Source: Clostridia bacterium (GTDB lineage Bacteria; Bacillota; Clostridia; UBA1212; DUPL01). From it: a stretch of 64,000 nt of DNA. A program made the position numbers and the translations under genes. Within the stretch, counting starts at the first letter, position 1. Each line of letters begins with the position of its first letter. The notes below the pieces were generated by a model that was not told the origin of the DNA, searched no databases, and was given only the letters and a program-made list of their open reading frames with translations. The stretch is taken from NCBI GenBank assembly GCA_050951325.1, contig JBMNIW010000012.1, positions 64,001 to 128,000 of the forward strand, in the 5' to 3' direction. This document shows positions 59,998 to 64,000 of this stretch, in pieces.

Positions 59998-61411
59998 GAC
60001 GCACCTCCTTTGTGTCGTCTTTCTTCTTATACAAAGGGACTCTTCTGTAATAGTAGCTTTTATACATGTTGTTTTTTAGAGAGTTAATAAAAGGAAAACC
60101 TTTAAGATTGTTTAAAACAACGCCAAGCAAATGGCATTTGCTTTGCTCCAGTCTGTCAATTGCATCATTTATTTCTCCAACTCTTGCAAAGTCCTGTTTA
60201 ACTACTAGTATTGAAGCATCTGTAATGTTTGCGAGTATTTCTCCATCGGACACTGCACTAAGCGGCGGTGTATCTATGATTACGAAGTCCATTTCCTTTG
60301 CGTATCCGTCCAAAAGATTTTGAAAATCCTTGCTTGCAAGAATCTCTGCAGAGTCTTTGTATGATTCCTTGTTCAGCATGAGCCATACATTGCTCCTTTC
60401 ATCAACTTTTGGTTTTTTCCCCTGGATGAAATCCCTAAAACTACCTGCATCCTTTTTCCCTAGTATTTTGTACAACGCAGGCTTTTTTAGATCCGCATCC
60501 AACAGTAGAACTTTATGGTTGTTCTCAGCGAGAGTTAGCGCAATATTTGCACACACTGTGGACTTTCCTTCGTTTTCATTTACGCTTGTAACCAGTATGC
60601 TTTTCAATCCCATACGTTGGCAGCTGTTTTCTATTTTCATGCACAATTTTTTGTATGAGCATACAAAATCAAAACTTGCAAACATATCAGTAACAAGTGG
60701 CGTTCTCTTTGCCCGCTTTATAATCTGCCTTATGGTTTTGTACTTTTTCTCATGCCTTATGGTTGAAAGCAGTTTTGTATCCAGCTTGGAATTTGCTTGT
60801 TTTTCATTCTTTACAGTATCCCTAAAGTATGAAAGAGCACAAACTGCACAGGTTGACAAAAACGCACCTGCTGCAAAGGACAGTTTTTTTATCCTTGACT
60901 CATCCATGCTGTTTACCGGCCACCCTGACATCTCAATGTCTTCAATGACTTCAAGGTGCGCATTCCCATATATGTAATCAGACACAAGCCGGTAGTTTTC
61001 AATAATGAGCTTCAAGGTCTTGAAAGCATCTTCAGGATTTTTGGCTGTTACTCCAACCACCAAAAGGTTTGTTTCAGGTATGGCGTAGGCATCAATTTTA
61101 CCAGGAAGTTCATCATACCCTGCAATTTGAGACGCTTTCTCCTTCAAAATATCACTGTCCATTATTTGGGTGAAAATGTTTGCCATTTCTATCGTGGTAC
61201 TTAGATTGGCATACATGGAACTGGTTGCGTCTTTTGTACTCACTACAAATGTAACCTGACTTCTGTACTCAGGCACATATGTGTATCTGACATATGATAC
61301 TGCAAGCATCGCAACAACCGCTCCGCCAAGTACTATTGCCCACAAGTTGAAAAGAATATCTCTCAGCAAAGTAAAGATATCGATATCTTCGACACTAAAC
61401 TCTTTCTCCAT
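59990..61411 (-). CDS. Wzz/CpsC-CpsD fused BY tyrosine kinase (copy 1)
   Basis: TSVNENEGKST, LDADLKKP, IIDTPP; Tyr tail MYKSYYY. Confidence 0.9.
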   Translation of the reverse strand: MEKEFSVEDIDIFTLLRDILFNLWAIVLGGAVVAMLAVSYVRYTYVPEYRSQVTFVVSTKDATSSMYANLSTTIEMANIFTQIMDSDILKEKASQIAGYDELPGKIDAYAIPETNLLVVGVTAKNPEDAFKTLKLIIENYRLVSDYIYGNAHLEVIEDIEMSGWPVNSMDESRIKKLSFAAGAFLSTCAVCALSYFRDTVKNEKQANSKLDTKLLSTIRHEKKYKTIRQIIKRAKRTPLVTDMFASFDFVCSYKKLCMKIENSCQRMGLKSILVTSVNENEGKSTVCANIALTLAENNHKVLLLDADLKKPALYKILGKKDAGSFRDFIQGKKPKVDERSNVWLMLNKESYKDSAEILASKDFQNLLDGYAKEMDFVIIDTPPLSAVSDGEILANITDASILVVKQDFARVGEINDAIDRLEQSKCHLLGVVLNNLKGFPFINSLKNNMYKSYYYRRVPLYKKKDDTKEVRHG

Positions 61412-62247
61412 TACGCATTCCCTTCTTCAACAACACATACCATGCTTGTTGTATAGGTTTCGGCACCTTCGCTCACACTATAGTAGATTTTGTACTCTCC
61501 TGGCTTGGATGTGTCCAGATCGGAATAGATATTCACATGGGAGATGTCAAGAAACAGACCGTCAATGCCCGTTACAGACTGTATGTAATCTTTTGGGTTA
61601 ACTTCCTCACCAGTATTTACATACAAAACGTAACTCTCCAGTTTAATCTTTGGCGTTTTGACATTCCTTTCCCTGACCACCACCTCAAAGCTCAAATCCA
61701 CCACATCGCCTTTTGAATTTGTAACCTTGGCATTTACTGTGTACACTCCGGGTACATTTGTTGTCAGATTGCCAATGTCATACTTTATCTTGTTGCTTAT
61801 GTCCCCATCGATGAGACAATAGCATTTTATGAAGTCTTCCATGTTTATAGTACTGCCGATATAAAACTGTGGTTCATGGTCAATTTGAAATCTTGGTGAT
61901 TCGTAGTCTGTGTACTTTACCTTTCTTGTAAGTTTGGACACGTTGTTATCGCTGTCGCACACCGCATACGTTATGTTGCATACGCCCTTCTCAAGAAACT
62001 TTGATACGTTTTCAATGAGTATTTTGTCAGTCACATCCCCATCCTTGTCGTCATGGGCAGACAACCCTTCAAACAACTTGTCCTTATCCATAATGCTCAC
62101 CTCAATTACTTTACGGTCGCTTGTTATGCTCGGATATGTTCCATTGGTTTTTACTCCGTACACTCCAAACTGGATAAAGTAAAAGATGCCTGTCACAATG
62201 GACAAGAGAAAGACAACCATTCTGAAAATTTTCACAAAAACCCCCAC
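61411..62247 (-). CDS. Membrane-anchored Ig-like repeat (DUF5011-like) protein
   Basis: N-terminal TM; AHDDKDGDVT, IDGDISNKI..PGVYTV, LDTSKPGEYKIYYSV. Confidence 0.75.
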   Translation of the reverse strand: MGVFVKIFRMVVFLLSIVTGIFYFIQFGVYGVKTNGTYPSITSDRKVIEVSIMDKDKLFEGLSAHDDKDGDVTDKILIENVSKFLEKGVCNITYAVCDSDNNVSKLTRKVKYTDYESPRFQIDHEPQFYIGSTINMEDFIKCYCLIDGDISNKIKYDIGNLTTNVPGVYTVNAKVTNSKGDVVDLSFEVVVRERNVKTPKIKLESYVLYVNTGEEVNPKDYIQSVTGIDGLFLDISHVNIYSDLDTSKPGEYKIYYSVSEGAETYTTSMVCVVEEGNA

Positions 62248-62963
62248 CTATCAATATTCTCGTCTTTTAATATTCTCCTTGGATTTATATAAAATAACGT
62301 TTTTGCATATTCAGAACCGTAGCGGTAACAAATATAATCGTACGCTTCGTCTAGTCTGGTGGTTCTTTGGTATGGACTGTGGGCGTCACTAGCGACTATA
62401 TGTACAAGACCATGTTTAAGCATGTATTTGGCCAATTTTTGCGCAGTTGCTCCAAATTGACCAAGTACGCTCCCTTTGTTAACTTGAAATATACAACCTT
62501 GGCTTGCCAGTTGCATTAGTAGACTTGTGTCATCATAAAACAGCTCATATCTTTCGGGATGTGCAATGATTGGAATGAGATTTGCGTTTATGATAGATTT
62601 GATATTTGTAAGAATGTTATGAGTTAAGTCTAAGACGGGTAATTCGATTAATATGTATCTGGTGTTGTTAATTGTTATCAGTTTATTGTCCTTTACTAGG
62701 TCAACCACATCTTTTGTAAGGTAAATTTCCATTCCTTTGTACAAGGTTATTGGTATTTCTTTTGTTAAATCCTGCAGTTTCTTAAAACAGTTTTCGAACC
62801 ATTCTCCATAGTAGTTGTTATGTATCGGGATATTACTGTGCGGCGTTGCTACCAATGCTCTTACTCCGCACTGACATGCCATCTCCAGCATTCTGACGGA
62901 TTCGTAGTAAGACACAGAACCATCATCGACACCTGGTATCAGGTGTGCATGAATGTCTATCAT
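62232..62963 (-). CDS. CpsB/CapC PHP-family tyrosine phosphatase
   Basis: IDIHAH..PGVDDGS, ATPH, AHPERY, ASDAH. Confidence 0.92.
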   Translation of the reverse strand: MIDIHAHLIPGVDDGSVSYYESVRMLEMACQCGVRALVATPHSNIPIHNNYYGEWFENCFKKLQDLTKEIPITLYKGMEIYLTKDVVDLVKDNKLITINNTRYILIELPVLDLTHNILTNIKSIINANLIPIIAHPERYELFYDDTSLLMQLASQGCIFQVNKGSVLGQFGATAQKLAKYMLKHGLVHIVASDAHSPYQRTTRLDEAYDYICYRYGSEYAKTLFYINPRRILKDENIDRWGFL

Positions 62964-63057
62964 TTTATCGCCTTCTTAAATGAATGCCAAATTTCCCGTG
63001 TTGTTTGGAAACTGTGAATAAAGTGTTTTTCGTTGCTGTGTTTTGGGATTACACACA

Positions 63058-63086
63058 ATTATATCAGTGCAATTTATTAAAGTAAA
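63058..63086 (-). promoter_or_regulatory. sigmaA promoter of the 14-gene operon
   Basis: TTTACT-N17-TATAAT with extended TG. Confidence 0.6.
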
Positions 63087-63148
63087 TACTTTTGGGTAAT
63101 AACTTTATTTCCCAAGGAAATAAAAGTACAATATTCCCCAATGTTATT

Positions 63149-63640
63149 CTACTCTTTCCCTTTAATAAGCGCTTCTTTATCAAGCACTGCAAGTTTTACA
63201 TCAATGTCATAATCCTGAAGAAATTCTTTAATTGCAGAGGTAGCCACTTTAAGCGCTTCATCTTTAGGATAGCCATATATTCTGCTTGATATTAAAGGAA
63301 AAGCTATGCTTTTACATTCATGCTCCACAGCCAGTTTCAATGAGTTTGTATAAGCATTGTGTAAGAGACGCAGATTATCCTCTTTACTCCACTGGCTGTA
63401 TATGGGTCCTGCAGTGTGGATTACATACTTTGCAGGCAGATTAAAGCCAGGGGTAATAACTGCTTCTCCTGTTTTTATGGGTGCAAGTTTGTTGCATGCT
63501 TCTTGAAGTTTGCTTGCTCCGGCAGCTCTAAAAATAGCTCCGCAAACACCGCCACCCATTTTTAGCTGGGTGTTGGCAGCGTTGACAATCGCATCCACCT
63601 TCAATTTTGTTATGTCCTGCTGAACAATCTCAAATGACAT
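63149..63640 (-). CDS. Macro domain protein
   Basis: DIT, AIVNAAN, GGGVCGAI, VIHTAGP, SIAFPLIS. Confidence 0.92.
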   Translation of the reverse strand: MSFEIVQQDITKLKVDAIVNAANTQLKMGGGVCGAIFRAAGASKLQEACNKLAPIKTGEAVITPGFNLPAKYVIHTAGPIYSQWSKEDNLRLLHNAYTNSLKLAVEHECKSIAFPLISSRIYGYPKDEALKVATSAIKEFLQDYDIDVKLAVLDKEALIKGKE

Positions 63641-63679
63641 TGCACAACCTCCATTAGACAGCTTTTATCAAATAAAATA

Positions 63680-63710
63680 GCCAGCAGCTCGCTTATCGAA
63701 ACTGCTGGCA
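63680..63710 (-). terminator. Intrinsic terminator
   Basis: GCCAGCAG...CTGCTGGC hairpin followed by T-rich run on minus strand. Confidence 0.65.
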
Positions 63711-63723
63711 TAATTCAGCTTAA

Positions 63724-64000
63724 TTATATCGCTTTTACAAGTTCATCTATTAATACCAGGTTGCTTAATCTTTCTAGTTTGATTTCTGTCTTTCTGCAGA
63801 AATCGGCTAAAGTATCATAACAAATGTCACGCTTGCAGTATATCACTTTGGGACGCCCATGAACTGTAATCTTCTGCGTTATGAAATCATAGATTTCTTT
63901 AGCAGGATTTTGTGTTGGCAAAACAACTTTTACACCCAGAATTGATTCAGACAAGTTCTCTCCGAGTACGACCAATCTGCCTATTGCAGGCCTGTCCAGA
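63724..64000 (-). CDS. Hypothetical protein, 3' part only
   Basis: Frame continues past window edge; GRPKVIY...IKL C-terminus. Confidence 0.5.
   Translation of the reverse strand, partial: LDRPAIGRLVVLGENLSESILGVKVVLPTQNPAKEIYDFITQKITVHGRPKVIYCKRDICYDTLADFCRKTEIKLERLSNLVLIDELVKAI

Noticed and set aside
60330-60977. Long antisense ORFs (also 12127-12786, 43483-44106, 6864-7400)
   Set aside because: Shadow ORFs opposite well-supported genes; no RBS or motifs.
58570-62963. Ordinary capsule (Wzy) locus
   Set aside because: No priming or other glycosyltransferase, flippase, polymerase or LCP gene in the operon or window.
63149-63640. Macro domain as part of the RiPP operon or of a defence system
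   Set aside because: Separated by 185 bp containing its own promoter; no TIR/SIR2/ADP-ribosyltransferase partner visible.
1-64000. tRNA, rRNA, prophage or cas genes; self-targeting spacers
   Set aside because: None recognised by eye; a proper alignment is needed to exclude self-matches.

Overview
Low-GC Clostridia-like chromosomal window (sigmaA promoters, T-box, CymR box, spore transglutaminase tgl). Left part: PAS/EAL phosphodiesterase, T-box-regulated serS, an orphan CRISPR array (14 repeats of 32 bp, no cas genes in the window) plus a separate degenerate mini-array, and a glycosidase operon broken by an IS4 element. An IS30 element enclosing an IS91 fragment follows. The middle is housekeeping genes (fetAB, mnmA, cysK, Rrf2, nadE) and many glycoside hydrolases and unannotated surface proteins that share recurring domains and NPxTxD anchors. 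The most notable feature is a 14-gene minus-strand operon (51071-62963). It joins capsule-type tyrosine-kinase/phosphatase genes (CpsB, two Wzz-Wzc fusions, two Ig-repeat membrane proteins; no glycosyltransferase, Wzx or Wzy) to a RiPP-like toolkit: two PqqD/RRE proteins, radical SAM/SPASM, HPr-kinase-like enzyme, nucleotidyltransferase, ABC exporter, two S24/S26 peptidases and a 104-aa precursor with a lasso-type leader and C-terminal Ser. Three +1 frameshifts in conserved genes suggest assembly indel errors. All calls are from motifs read by eye; no database searches were run.
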